A stretch of 64,000 bases of DNA from Candidatus Bathyarchaeota archaeon (GCA_963775685.1 CAVZJV010000014.1:2240001-2304000), one strand, 5' to 3'. Counted from the first letter of the stretch, positions 49,073 to 59,616 are shown. Notes: generated by a model not told the origin, from the letters alone. Made by a program: numbers and translations.

Positions 49073-49152
49073 CACAATAAATTCTTTTCATTGAATAAAT
49101 TGTTATGTTGGCTCAAGTCGAGCCAACTATTCGTTATAAAAGCTTATGAAAT

Positions 49153-50001
49153 TTACTGAGCCGCTTCTTTTTTGTTTCTGCTGAGGTTGGAGAGTTCCTT
49201 TTTTCCCTCCGCAAGCGTAATCGGTATTTGTCCAATCAAACCCTGACTTTTTAAATCGGAAAACAGGTTAACGATGGCAGGGGGCTCTAAACCCGACGAT
49301 TGCAAAAGCGACGCATCCTGCAAAACTTCCCGTGTTGCACCACCGCCCAGCATCAAGCCACGGCTGATGACGATTATTCGATCCGCTAATTCAGGCAGTG
49401 CTTCCACGTCATGTGTGGAAACAATTATGGTTGTGCCTGCCTTATTGAGTTCGTTTAGTGTGTCTATCAAGCCGCGTCGAGAGACAAGATCCAAGTTCGC
49501 TGTGGGCTCATCCAAAATTAACAACTCAGGTTTGAGCACCAATGCGGTGGCTAGTGAAACCTTCTTCTTCTCGCCAAAACTTAGTCTATGCGGTGGTCGG
49601 CTCTTTAGGTGTTGGATGCCCATTTTGTCAAGTACGTGTTCGCTTCGAGCTTTGATGTCTTCTTCGGGGAGCTTGAGGTTTTTGGGTCCATATTCGATGT
49701 CTTCGATAACGCTTTGAGTAAACAATTGGTCGTCGGGATCTTGAAACACCAAACCTATCCGTGAACGGAATTTTTGGAAGTTTTTGGAGGTTGTTTTTTC
49801 CCCGAACACAGTGATTTCGCCTTTTTGAGGTGTCAACAACCCAGCTATCATTAGAATAAGTGTGGATTTTCCCGAGCCGTTAGGTCCAAGGAGGGCTACT
49901 CTTTCACCTTGTTGTATATCAAGTGATACGCCTTTTATGGCGCTTACTCCTGCGGGATAGATGAACCTGACTTCTTTGACCGAAACGATGGGTTCCGCCA
50001 T
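49153..50001 (-). CDS. cbiO: ECF Ni/Co transporter ATPase
   Basis: GPNGSGKST, FQDPDDQLF, LSFGEKK, LDEPT. Confidence 0.9.
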   Translation of the reverse strand: MAEPIVSVKEVRFIYPAGVSAIKGVSLDIQQGERVALLGPNGSGKSTLILMIAGLLTPQKGEITVFGEKTTSKNFQKFRSRIGLVFQDPDDQLFTQSVIEDIEYGPKNLKLPEEDIKARSEHVLDKMGIQHLKSRPPHRLSFGEKKKVSLATALVLKPELLILDEPTANLDLVSRRGLIDTLNELNKAGTTIIVSTHDVEALPELADRIIVISRGLMLGGGATREVLQDASLLQSSGLEPPAIVNLFSDLKSQGLIGQIPITLAEGKKELSNLSRNKKEAAQ

Positions 50002-50011
50002 GGCGTTGCCT

Positions 50012-50824
50012 CTATAGAAACGCAAGTAATGCGAACGCAACTATTAACGCTGATGCAAAGAACGCATCCAGGAGTCCAAATGAAGGCATCGATGATTTGC
50101 CACTGCTTTGCACTTCAAATCCCCGAGCTTTCATCGCCAAATACACTCTCTCAGAGCGCTCGTAGGTGCGAATGAACAAGGCGGCAAGTATGTGACCGAG
50201 GTCTTTTAGGGATTGGCGGTTTAAGGTTTTCCTGTTGAAATATGTTCGGGCTTCTTTGGCTATTAGGACGCTTTGAGCTTCATGTATGGATACGAAGAAG
50301 TAACGGTAAGTTAAGGCGAAGAGTTGGACGATTATTGCTGGAACTTTGATGGAGGAGAGAAGTTTTAGCATGCGGTCAAAACCAGTAGAGAGGATCAGCA
50401 GGGTAAGGGAAGCAACGCCGAACCAGACTCTAACTGAGAACACCAAAAAATGTGTTAAGCCCTCGGCAGTTACGGCGAGTGTTGTTATGCCAATATTTGC
50501 GCTCCAAACTGGGTTACCAGCACTTAAGAAAAGAGTGGGTATGGCGATTATAGCGGCGAAAACTGGGAAAAGAGAGGTCCGAGAAAAGAAATGCTTAAGC
50601 GGGATTCGTGATGCTACCGCCAAAGCAAAAGGCACAACACAGATTGCAAGCAAAAACGATAGTTGGAAAATGCATAACGACGCCGCAATCATGAAAACGA
50701 TGGCGACAAGCTTAACCACGGGATTTATAGATTGCAACAGACCTTTTTTGCTGCTTAAGTCTTCAACGTAAACTAACGATTCTGCACCTTCAACTAAATC
50801 TCTTAAGGATTGTGGAACTTTCAT
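50012..50824 (-). CDS. cbiQ: ECF Ni/Co transporter T component
   Basis: LTYRYFF, EAR, RSERVYLAMKARGF. Confidence 0.9.
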   Translation of the reverse strand: MKVPQSLRDLVEGAESLVYVEDLSSKKGLLQSINPVVKLVAIVFMIAASLCIFQLSFLLAICVVPFALAVASRIPLKHFFSRTSLFPVFAAIIAIPTLFLSAGNPVWSANIGITTLAVTAEGLTHFLVFSVRVWFGVASLTLLILSTGFDRMLKLLSSIKVPAIIVQLFALTYRYFFVSIHEAQSVLIAKEARTYFNRKTLNRQSLKDLGHILAALFIRTYERSERVYLAMKARGFEVQSSGKSSMPSFGLLDAFFASALIVAFALLAFL

Positions 50825-50825
50825 T

Positions 50826-51113
50826 TTAACTCTTCCTCTTTTTCAATAATTTAGCTACCCCAAAGGTTACCGCAAAAATTAGTAACGTGCCAGCTATCCC
50901 AATCACTAAGGAACCTAATTGACTATCTAAGCCCAAGAAGCTGTAATCTGGAAAAGGCGGCTGATAGATGGTTTGTTCTTGTGCGCCGAGTTCTTGTGCT
51001 TTCACATCAAGAGTTTCCATAGCGTAAGAGAAACAAAAGACACCTATCACAACGAAAAGTAAAGCAACTGTTAAGCCAATGATGAGGGTTTTTTGGTTCA
51101 GATTTTTTGTCAT
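50826..51113 (-). CDS. NikN/PDGLE-like small ECF component
   Basis: Two TM helices, PFPDY, GIAG; between cbiM and cbiQ. Confidence 0.8.
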   Translation of the reverse strand: MTKNLNQKTLIIGLTVALLFVVIGVFCFSYAMETLDVKAQELGAQEQTIYQPPFPDYSFLGLDSQLGSLVIGIAGTLLIFAVTFGVAKLLKKRKS

Positions 51114-51812
51114 TTATTGTGCCTCCGAAGATGCTTTATTTTTGAACATGAAAAGTTTCCCTAAAATGGGGCTCTTCTCTAATACGTCAGGACGCAGTTT
51201 CAGCAGTGTCCCGATGAGGACAACGGTGACTATGCCTTCTGCAACTCCGATAATCGAGTGGTTTAGCGCCATCACTGGTACTGCGATGTTTATGCCAAAC
51301 CACGGAGACAATGAAGATAAACCGACTTCGGTTCCTGCAGCTACAGCAGCAAGTAAATCACCAAAAAAGGCTGAAATGAAGATTATCGTGTAGATGCTGC
51401 CGTTTGTTTTGGGTTTAACCAGTTTGTTCATCGCTATGAATACTATGCATGGGATAAATACGGATAATATACCTATGTTTAATACGTTGGCGCCAAGGGT
51501 GGTGATTCCTCCGTCTCCAAAAAGTAGTGCTTGTAAAACTAGGGTTATGGTCATGGAGATTACTCCTGCAAAGGGTCCAAGTATGAGTCCGATTGATGCT
51601 CCACCCAAAAGATGGGCGGTTGTAGGTCCGACTAAGGGGAAGTTTAGCATCATGGCTGCGAAGAAGAGTGCGGTTAGTAGGCCCATTATGGGGACTTGTT
51701 GTTCGGTGAGTTTGATTTTTTTGAAGGCGATTATCCAGACGATTATGGTTATTATGAATGTTACAATTACTATGTCGAGTGAAAGGTATCCGTCTGGTAT
51801 GTGCAATGTCAT
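51114..51812 (-). CDS. cbiM: ECF Ni/Co substrate-binding component
   Basis: HIPDGYL, TAHLLG, QALLFGDGGITTLGAN. Confidence 0.93.
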   Translation of the reverse strand: MTLHIPDGYLSLDIVIVTFIITIIVWIIAFKKIKLTEQQVPIMGLLTALFFAAMMLNFPLVGPTTAHLLGGASIGLILGPFAGVISMTITLVLQALLFGDGGITTLGANVLNIGILSVFIPCIVFIAMNKLVKPKTNGSIYTIIFISAFFGDLLAAVAAGTEVGLSSLSPWFGINIAVPVMALNHSIIGVAEGIVTVVLIGTLLKLRPDVLEKSPILGKLFMFKNKASSEAQ

Positions 51813-51822
51813 TTCGCCTCCA

Positions 51823-51858
51823 GTAACACTTTATTCAAAAAATGTGTTACTTATATAA
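51823..51858 (-). promoter_or_regulatory. NikR-type operator (GTAACA-N16-TGTTAC) next to a TTATATAA box
   Basis: Perfect half-sites at 51823-51828 and 51845-51850; TATA box at 51851-51858. Confidence 0.75.
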
Positions 51859-51907
51859 GTGTTACTAACCCAACAAAAAATGTTACCGTCAAACCCAACA
51901 ACCCAAA

Positions 51908-52696
51908 CTAACCAGTTCTACGAAATTTCGCGGCTCGATTAGCAACCAAACCAGCCACGGCACCAGCAGCAACACCGCCATCAATGTTCACAACCGCTAA
52001 CCCCAACGAACAAGACTGAAGCATAGCCATCAATGTACTAACACCTTTCGCGCCAAAACCATAACTATTCGAAGTTGGCACCGCAATCACAGGAACATCA
52101 ACGAGTCCCGAAACCACCGAAGCCAACGCACCTTCACGCCCAGCAACAACCACGACCACGTCAGCATCGTTAGAAGCAACCTGCTTCATGGGTTCAAGTA
52201 ATCGGTGGATACCTGCAACGCCCACATCATAGATAGCAGTAACTGCGCAGCCCATTTCCTGCGCTATAAGCTTGGCTTCCTCAGCAACGGGGATGTCGGA
52301 GGTTCCAGCAGTTAAAATGGCGACTCGTCCACCGCTGGAATTAATTAGGAAAGTGGGTTTTTTTATGATCATCATACGCGCTTTATCATTAACTTCCATA
52401 GATACATCGCTTTGGAACGCTTTCTTAACTGCCGCCAAATGCTCCCTGCTGCATCTACTCACAATCGCTCGCCCACACTTCGCAACCATACACTGCGAGA
52501 TCTCCGCCACATCCCCAGCAGTTTTGCCTTCAGCCAAAATAATCTCAGGCACACCCTTCCGCAACCAACGATTCCTATCCAACTTGGCCAAACAACCCAC
52601 CTCCTCGATAGCGAGCAACTGCAAAAGTTTCTCCGCTTCCGCGGGTGAAACCTCTTTTTTGGCGACTTTGTCCAAAACATCTCTTAGCGATGACAT
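51908..52696 (-). CDS. larB: Nickel-pincer cofactor biosynthesis protein LarB
   Basis: GVPEIILAEGKT, AGTSDIPVAEEA, DVGVAGIHRL, AGREGAL, VPTS, VNID. Confidence 0.93.
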   Translation of the reverse strand: MSSLRDVLDKVAKKEVSPAEAEKLLQLLAIEEVGCLAKLDRNRWLRKGVPEIILAEGKTAGDVAEISQCMVAKCGRAIVSRCSREHLAAVKKAFQSDVSMEVNDKARMMIIKKPTFLINSSGGRVAILTAGTSDIPVAEEAKLIAQEMGCAVTAIYDVGVAGIHRLLEPMKQVASNDADVVVVVAGREGALASVVSGLVDVPVIAVPTSNSYGFGAKGVSTLMAMLQSCSLGLAVVNIDGGVAAGAVAGLVANRAAKFRRTG

Positions 52697-52773
52697 AAAC
52701 AGACAATATTTAAAAAACGCTTGATAATATATCTATTATGCTTGCTTGAATGAAACATGTTTTTGTGATATTT

Positions 52774-54021
52774 ATGTCTGAATCGAAAAGAGTTTTGGTG
52801 ATTGATTGTCAAACTTCAGGCGTCGCCGGTGACATGATTTTAGGTGCGTTAATTGATTTGGGAGCAGACATTAAAAAGGTAACGTCTGCTATAAAATCTT
52901 TGGAAAACCCAGATTTTGGCTACGAAAACGTCAATATTAACCTTAAAGAGGTCATGCGAGGCGGGTTTAAAGCAACCCAAATCGATGTGACCTCGCAATC
53001 CGTCCATAAAAGTCATGGGAGCGAACTCGTCGATATAGTAGAGAAAGCATCCGGTATTCTTGAGCTTTCATTGAAAGCCAAACAGTTCGCCTCCAAAGTC
53101 ATCCGCACCCTTGTCGGTGCGGAAGCGCAGCTGCACAATACCTCTTTTGATGATGCACATTTGCATGAGGTAGCCATGGTTGATACGGCAGCTGAGATTC
53201 TCGGTGTTGCGGTCGCCCTTGATGATTTAGGCTTGTTTAACGCAAAGATTTACTCGACGCCGCTTGCGGTTGGCGGAGGGAACTTCCAGTTCTCGCACGG
53301 CATCGTCTCCAGCCCTGCTCCTGCAACATTAGCTATTCTTCAATCAAAAAATTTCCCATTCCATGGCGGACCAATCGAAGCGGAGCTGGCGACGCCTACT
53401 GGCGTTTCGATTCTAGTCAACTTAGTGGATGAGGTTGTTCAGTTCTATCCCTCACTTGTGCCCTTGCTGGTCGGTTTCGGAGCAGGAACCAAAGAATTCA
53501 TTGGGATGCCGACGGTTTTGCGACTTATTGCAGGTAACGTGTATAGTAATGGGTTGGTGAAAGATGAAATCGCCATTTTAGAAACAAACGTTGACGACGT
53601 AACTGGCGAAGTCGTGGGATACACCCTTGACAAGCTCCTTGAAGAAGGCGCCAAAGACGTTAGCATAATTCCCATGTATACCAAAAAGAATCGGCCCGGA
53701 CAAATAATCAAGGTTATAGCAGACCAAAAAGATATCCAACACCTCTCCAAAATCCTCATCGATGAAACAGGTACATTGGGAGTTCGAGTCTACTACTGTG
53801 AACGCCACATCATTAACCGCGAATTACACACCGTTGATTTGTTGTTGATGGGCAATAAAGAAACCGTCCGGCTCAAAATAGCCAAGAACCTCCAAGGCGA
53901 AATTATCCATATAAAACCCGAATATGAAGACCTAAAACGGCTGGCGGAAAAAACCAAAAAGCCTCTACGTGAACTCTTGGAGCTTGCAGTTGCCCAAATG
54001 AATGAAAAATTAGGCAATTAG
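52774..54021 (+). CDS. larC: Nickel insertase LarC
   Basis: SGVAGDMILGAL, HLHEV, HG..PAPAT, ELATPTG, ETNVDD, KKNRPG, PEYED. Confidence 0.95.
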   Translation: MSESKRVLVIDCQTSGVAGDMILGALIDLGADIKKVTSAIKSLENPDFGYENVNINLKEVMRGGFKATQIDVTSQSVHKSHGSELVDIVEKASGILELSLKAKQFASKVIRTLVGAEAQLHNTSFDDAHLHEVAMVDTAAEILGVAVALDDLGLFNAKIYSTPLAVGGGNFQFSHGIVSSPAPATLAILQSKNFPFHGGPIEAELATPTGVSILVNLVDEVVQFYPSLVPLLVGFGAGTKEFIGMPTVLRLIAGNVYSNGLVKDEIAILETNVDDVTGEVVGYTLDKLLEEGAKDVSIIPMYTKKNRPGQIIKVIADQKDIQHLSKILIDETGTLGVRVYYCERHIINRELHTVDLLLMGNKETVRLKIAKNLQGEIIHIKPEYEDLKRLAEKTKKPLRELLELAVAQMNEKLGN

Positions 54022-54033
54022 GAGCAGACACCT

Positions 54034-54862
54034 TTGGAACCACTGGGTCGGAAACTTGAAGCACTAAAAAGTTACATCGCCGAAAAGGGACAGGACGGCG
54101 TTGTCATAGCTTTCTCAGGCGGCGTTGACAGCTCAACTTTAGCTGCAGTTAGCCACCTAGTTTTAGACGAATAAAACGATAGCTGTCATCGCAACTTCAC
54201 CAACCTTCACCTCCGAAGAGTTACAGGATGCAAAGCAAATCGCCAAAGACATCGGCATTCAACTCTTCACTCTGCAAACTAACGAGTTAAACAACCCTGA
54301 CTTTATCAAAAACCCTGAGAACCGCTGCTACTTCTGCAAAAAAGAACTTCTCCAAACGCTGGTAAATTTTGCTCATGAACACGGTTTCCGAGCGGTTTTC
54401 GAAGGCACAAACTTTAGCGATCTAAAGGACCACAGACCAGGATTCAAAGCGGTTCAAGAAGCCCCAGACGTTTACAGTCCATGGATGATAAATGGGTTTA
54501 CAAAAGATGAAATCCGCCAAGTTGCAAAACATTTGGCTCTTAGTGTTCATGATAAACCTGCACTGGCGTGCTTAGCGTCGCGCATACCCTTTAATGAAGC
54601 GATCACTGCAGAAAAACTGCAACGCATTGAAAGAGCAGAGCATGAAATCAAGGTAATAGTGCCTGTTAAGCAGCTTAGAGTAAGGGATCACAAAGGTTTA
54701 GCACGTATTGAAATTTTGAAAGCAGAGTGGAATCTTTTCTTCGAGGATGATGTTTCTGATAAGGTCGTGGAGACGCTGATTGGATTAGGTTTTAAGTATG
54801 TTACTTTTGATTTGGAAGGGTTCCGATCTGGGAGCATGCTCAAAACCTTAGAAAACCCATAG
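54034..54862 (+). CDS. larE: Sulfur transferase LarE; frameshift at ~54170
   Basis: AFSGGVDS, RCYFCK, DHRPG, ACLASRIP, LRVRDH..ARIE, GFRSGSM. Confidence 0.9.
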
Positions 54863-55209
54863 CCTAACGGTCTAAGCAATCCATCTACCCCTTATTTAAA
54901 TTAGCAATAGATAGTTTGAGTCACGATTTCCTTAGAATAGACAAAGAAATCAGGGATGCAAGGTTGAGTCTAAACCTCCCGTAACAGTGATTAGTCATTT
55001 AATATTTGCCTTATCCTTTCCTTTTTAAGGGAATACTTTCAAGAATTCAATTAACAACTAATTCAATGTACCTCATGAAGTGTTCTTCAACTCAACAAAT
55101 AACAACTTTACTTTTCAAAAACAAATAATCCTTTGTTGGCATCCCAGGACAACAAACAAAACAAATACAAAAAACTTAAACAATACCGCGTAGATGTATC
55201 GGTGCTGGT

Positions 55210-55331
55210 GCCGGGGTATCCGAGCCAGGTCTAAATAGGCGGCCAGATAATTTGATTGCCTAAGATATGGAGGAGGACTTAAGATCCTCTGGCGCAGGCC
55301 TTCGTGGGTTCAAGTCCCACCCCCGGCACCA
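55210..55331 (+). tRNA. tRNA-Leu(UAA) with 34-nt D-loop intron (55235-55268)
   Basis: GCCGGGG/CCCCGGC acceptor, GAGGA-CTTAAGA-TCCTC anticodon arm, long variable arm, BHB (GTCT/AGAT helix, TAGGC/GCCTA stem), ACCA end. Confidence 0.9.
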
Positions 55332-55433
55332 CTATGTTAAAAACTACTGTGGGTTTGTCTTGGCGATAATTCTTAATTGATCCAAAAGGACATTTTTTCC
55401 GCTTGACTTTTTTGTGTTTGGTTAGTCATGTTG

Positions 55434-55628
55434 TTACTTCCTTTTCCTGAACAGTTTGTGTCTTTCAAAATCGCAGACAAAGTCAAATCCAGCTTCTATT
55501 AGTAGGCAGGCTTCAGCTTCCGTTTTTGCTATCTTTGAGGTGAAATCTATTTGGTCTTGGAATAGTGCTTCTTCGAACTGGATTTAGTGTAGCGTGTTTT
55601 TGATGTTTTTGTGACCTAGAACCTGTAG
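55434..55628 (-). pseudogene. C-terminal remnant of a tyrosine integrase
   Basis: VLGHKNIKNTLH*IQ...LIEAGFDFVCDF..KLFRKRK; a stop codon sits where the catalytic Tyr is expected; adjacent to tRNA-Leu. Confidence 0.8.
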
Positions 55629-56229
55629 AGGATGAATCTTTGAGAAGAAAGCATTTGACGGTTTAGTTCTAGGATTTTTCTATTTGAATCGCCCCTTAGA
55701 CTACGTCAAGGAGTCTGTTGGAAAAAAGGGTTGGATTGCGCTTGAGAAAATCTGACGTGTCGTTGAAAGCGACTACGAATTAAGGCAGAAACGTAACGAA
55801 TTTTTAGGTTTTTTGGCGAGAGAACAGTTAGAGAGTGCTAAGACTATCGTAGATTGGATAAAATACCTAAAAGTTGACCAAGCAACAAAGAACTGACAGG
55901 TATCATCGCAGCTTTTCACTAATTGGTAGAAGAAGAAAAACGACTAAATTCCTACAGAAAAGAGTTGTTCTTCTTCTTTTCAGGAGAGAAAAATCGATTT
56001 TTCCATAATAACAATTTTTTCCTCTTTCAACTTAAGGCTAAATTTCTTTTGAAAAGTCTCTCAGCTAAATGGTAGAAGAAGTGGTAGAAGAAGAAGCACC
56101 CGTACAACAACCTTCTTCTACTGAAAACGGCTCATTTAAAGAAGAAGAACAACAAGCAAAATTTTCATCTGTTGTTGTTCTAGCGATCCCCAATTGCCGG
56201 TCAGATCAGGGCGGCCTTTACACTTTAGG

Positions 56230-56847
56230 CTAAGACTCTTGATAGTCAACTGTTAGCTTACAAACCAACTCATAATGATATGGTCCTGCATCGATTTGTT
56301 TAATGACACAAAAACCGTTCTCGCCAAGAACTCGATTGGCCTCATCTTCCAAGAGGCGTTCTTTAAATGGCGGTCCATGATCAGTTTGGATCTTCTTCCA
56401 GTCTACATCAACAATCGTGGCTGTTGGTTTAGCTATGCGCCTAACTTCTTTAAAGAACACTTTCTTATCCGCTACCTCATGCAAAACGTTAGCGAATAAG
56501 GCAAGGTCAACGGATGCTTTCGGAATTCCAGTATGGCACACATCGCTATTTACTGTTTTTATGATATTTGGGTTCACTTCTGAGTTGGCAATGTTTTCTT
56601 TTAAGCCATTTAGCATTGTCTGGCTGCTATCAACAGCGTATACTATGCCTTTTTCTTCTGTCATCTGAGCCATTGGTATAGTAAAAAAGCCAGGTCCCGA
56701 ACCCAAGTCTACTATAACCATTCCTTTCGTTACCCCTATCTTGTTTAGAAGGGTTTGTGGATTATGCCATTGTTTTCTTTCTTCAGACATTAAGAACTTG
56801 ACAAGGTCAATATGAGGGTCAATATGAGGGTCAATATGAGGGTCCAT
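56230..56847 (-). CDS. Class I SAM-dependent methyltransferase
   Basis: VDLGSGPGFFT, YAVD, VLHE, VDWKK..GPP; N-terminal 12-bp tandem repeat. Confidence 0.88.
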   Translation of the reverse strand: MDPHIDPHIDPHIDLVKFLMSEERKQWHNPQTLLNKIGVTKGMVIVDLGSGPGFFTIPMAQMTEEKGIVYAVDSSQTMLNGLKENIANSEVNPNIIKTVNSDVCHTGIPKASVDLALFANVLHEVADKKVFFKEVRRIAKPTATIVDVDWKKIQTDHGPPFKERLLEDEANRVLGENGFCVIKQIDAGPYHYELVCKLTVDYQES

Positions 56848-56857
56848 TACTAACTCC

Positions 56858-57343
56858 TCAACTTTGCCTCTTTGGGTTCGAGCGTTTTTTGGTTCGCCAC
56901 GTTAAGCCACTATAAATCGTAAACGCTAAAAGAACCACAAAAACCGCTGCCTTGATGACTGTGAAATCTATGATGGCAGAGTAAAGGGCAAATGTTGCTG
57001 GAAATGCCCCTATGTATAGAGTGTAGAATATTGCTGTGGGTAGTTTGTAGTTGTATTTGTAGTCTTTGAAGATGCGTTTGCCAAAGTATAATGCTGCTAA
57101 GCGTCCTGTGCCATGAGTGCATTTTATGCAATTGTAGCATGGACGCAGGCAACCAAGAATGTTTAGCAAACCATAAATTAAGATCAGCGTCACTACAAAA
57201 AATACAATACCGGCAGTTAAATCAAATAGTAGAAAAGCGACTGCGTCAAGAATAATCCATAAGAAAAGCGCGAGGTTGCCGTATATAACTAATTTTTTGG
57301 GGAAGAAGATTGGTCGACCATTTTTTGGTTCTGTCAATGCCAT
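56858..57343 (-). CDS. Membrane protein with Cys cluster
   Basis: Four TM helices; CLRPCYNCIKC. Confidence 0.7.
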   Translation of the reverse strand: MALTEPKNGRPIFFPKKLVIYGNLALFLWIILDAVAFLLFDLTAGIVFFVVTLILIYGLLNILGCLRPCYNCIKCTHGTGRLAALYFGKRIFKDYKYNYKLPTAIFYTLYIGAFPATFALYSAIIDFTVIKAAVFVVLLAFTIYSGLTWRTKKRSNPKRQS

Positions 57344-57352
57344 AGCCTCTGT

Positions 57353-57763
57353 CTATTGCACAATGTATCGTTTGAATGTTGCTTCTATGTGGGCTTTTGG
57401 ATAAGCGCCGACTATTCGCTCTACTGCTTGACCGCGGTGGAAGATGACGATTGTGGGTATACTCATGATTCCAAAGCTGCTGGGCAGGATTTGGTTTTCG
57501 TCTACGTTCATCTTTCCGAAAGCTACTTTGCCTGCATATTCAGCGGCAAGTTGCTCAATTACTGGTCCGACCATTCGGCAAGGCCCACACCAAGGCGCCC
57601 AGAAATCAACAACTAGTAGCGCATTTGTCTTTACTGTGTTATCGAAGTTGTCATCAGTAATGATGAACGGGTTGTTGTTTTCCTGCTTTCCCTGGTCTGT
57701 TTGGTTTAGCATCGCTTGAATTTTTCTTAGTCTTACTTGCTTTAATTCGCTGTCCTCATACAT
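57353..57763 (-). CDS. trxA: Thioredoxin
   Basis: DFWAPWCGPC, NVDEN, SIPT. Confidence 0.95.
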   Translation of the reverse strand: MYEDSELKQVRLRKIQAMLNQTDQGKQENNNPFIITDDNFDNTVKTNALLVVDFWAPWCGPCRMVGPVIEQLAAEYAGKVAFGKMNVDENQILPSSFGIMSIPTIVIFHRGQAVERIVGAYPKAHIEATFKRYIVQ

Positions 57764-57781
57764 TGATGTTCCCTCAAGGCT

Positions 57782-57889
57782 CTACGCTTGTTTTTTTGCG
57801 ACCTCTCTTAGTTTCCAAACGTTGCAGGTGGGAGCGTGATCACACATCTCTTCGGGTATGCCTCTTGGGCATTCAAATTTTTTCTCCAT
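57782..57889 (-). CDS. 35-aa Cys/His peptide (not in the ORF track)
   Basis: MEKKFECPRGIPEEMCDHAPTCNVWKLREVAKKQA; GTGAG SD; directly upstream of trxA. Confidence 0.5.
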   Translation of the reverse strand: MEKKFECPRGIPEEMCDHAPTCNVWKLREVAKKQA

Positions 57890-57939
57890 GTTCTCACTTT
57901 CTAAGGGAATGCAATATGGTTACGAACAAATATGTGTTG

Positions 57940-57956
57940 TGGTATTGACAATACCA
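57940..57956. promoter_or_regulatory. Palindromic operator candidate
   Basis: TGGTATTG-A-CAATACCA between divergent genes, with an extra CAATACCA half-site at 57959-57966. Confidence 0.6.
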
Positions 57957-57996
57957 AACAATACCATTTATATGCGAGAAAATACATTGTTTATCC

Positions 57997-58380
57997 ATGG
58001 CAAGCATCAATCTGTTAACAAAAAAAGGCGCATCATGCACTGATCTACTAACATGTCTGTATAACTTGAAACCCGCCGACATAGAAGTCCTTCAAGCTGT
58101 CGCAAAAGACGAAAACTCGAGTCTAGACCAAATTGCCGCTAAAGTACAAAAGGACCGAAGCTCGGTTCACCGCTGCTTATCTAAACTTGTTAGCATAAAT
58201 CTGGTCACTAAGCAAACTAAAACCCTGAAGGGTGGCGGATACTACCACATCTATTGCATGCTTGACCCAGTATTGATTAAAAAGCATCCTAGAGAACGTG
58301 TAAAGGAAATAACCGAAAGCTTACAGTTATTAATTGATAACTTTGACTCAGACCTCAAAAAACACTTGACACATATATAG
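57997..58380 (+). CDS. TrmB-like wHTH transcriptional regulator with Cys residues
   Basis: CTDLLTCLYNL, DRSSVHRCLSKL, GGYYHIY. Confidence 0.85.
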   Translation: MASINLLTKKGASCTDLLTCLYNLKPADIEVLQAVAKDENSSLDQIAAKVQKDRSSVHRCLSKLVSINLVTKQTKTLKGGGYYHIYCMLDPVLIKKHPRERVKEITESLQLLIDNFDSDLKKHLTHI

Positions 58381-58550
58381 TTAGGAGCCCACAATTGGGC
58401 ACGCAGGGGTCAATCCGTAGCGCCATTTTTTCTTCTTTTTGACTTTATACTTCTTTACCATCAGGTTCTGGTAGAGAAGACGCACCCATTCAGCAACCTT
58501 CTCAAACAAAGATTACATCAACTCTAAAGTATACCGGTTGAAAGACTACA

Positions 58551-59616
58551 GTGGAGAAGGTCTATGAAGCGCTTCATAAGATAGGTCTTCCAGCGCTGGA
58601 GCCGACACTTGAGTTCCTTAAGGAACAAAGAACCCAGAAGGATGATGGAGGCATTTTGGGTGCAATCGTAATCCTTAAAGGTATTAAGGACGAAAAAACT
58701 TTCATCGCACTTATTGATTTGTTGCATGATGACGCCGTGGAAAAAGAGTACATAATCCCTGATCTTGTACAATATGGAGATGGCCGAACAGCAGAGCATT
58801 TGAGAACGCTTGTAAGCGATAACGAGGATGAAAGCGAACGACTCGACGTTTTTGAAGCTATACGCGATTTGGCACCAACCGAAACCCAAGCCTACCATGA
58901 TATGATAGCTCCATACTCGGTCAAAGACCTCTCAAAGCTTTCAGCACCAATCCATAGGGCACTGGGAAACCTAACCTTGGCACATAAGCACAATTTGGAA
59001 TTTGAAGGCGACAACGCCAAAGAATTCAATTCAGTAGTCTTTTCGTACCGAATCCAAGAAGCCATGGCTGACTTGCTTCGGGCCGCGTTTGAATTGGGAA
59101 GCTATGAAACCATCCTCCCAAATCATCTAAATAGCTCAGGCGAACTTTTGGAAATCAGAACTAAATGGTATAATTTAAAGCAAGAGAACGTCGAAATCAT
59201 AGAAATGATAAACACCCCTTTCCCAGAAGATTGTTTAAGCCAAGTGACGAAATCATATAATGGCTTGGCTACATCCCGTTATGAATCTGGACCAAAAAAT
59301 TGCTCAGCTGCAAGGCAGAATCCAGCAATGGCTAAAAGAACAAGGCTTCTCAGTCACTGATCGCGATGGAAATCTATGGGCATACAAAGGCGCAAAGGAC
59401 AAACGGCTCGGCGGTTTTTTCTCTTCAGGAAGCGATTATGAAAGCCCCAAAACTTGGGGCCCCCTTGACCTTGCTGTTTGGGGCAACGGATGGACTGAAA
59501 GCAATGCTAACCTGTTTAGCGCTGCCTTCTGGGAGTTCTCAGAAAAGACTATCGCGGAGCTAATTGGCGCAAAAAGGCTTCAAAGCCTAACAATCAATCC
59601 TGCGAGTCAGACTTGA
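58551..59616 (+). pseudogene. HEAT-repeat-like hypothetical protein, 5'-truncated and frameshifted
   Basis: ALHKIGLPALEP..., overlapping ORFs 58551-59360 and 59260-59616. Confidence 0.5.
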
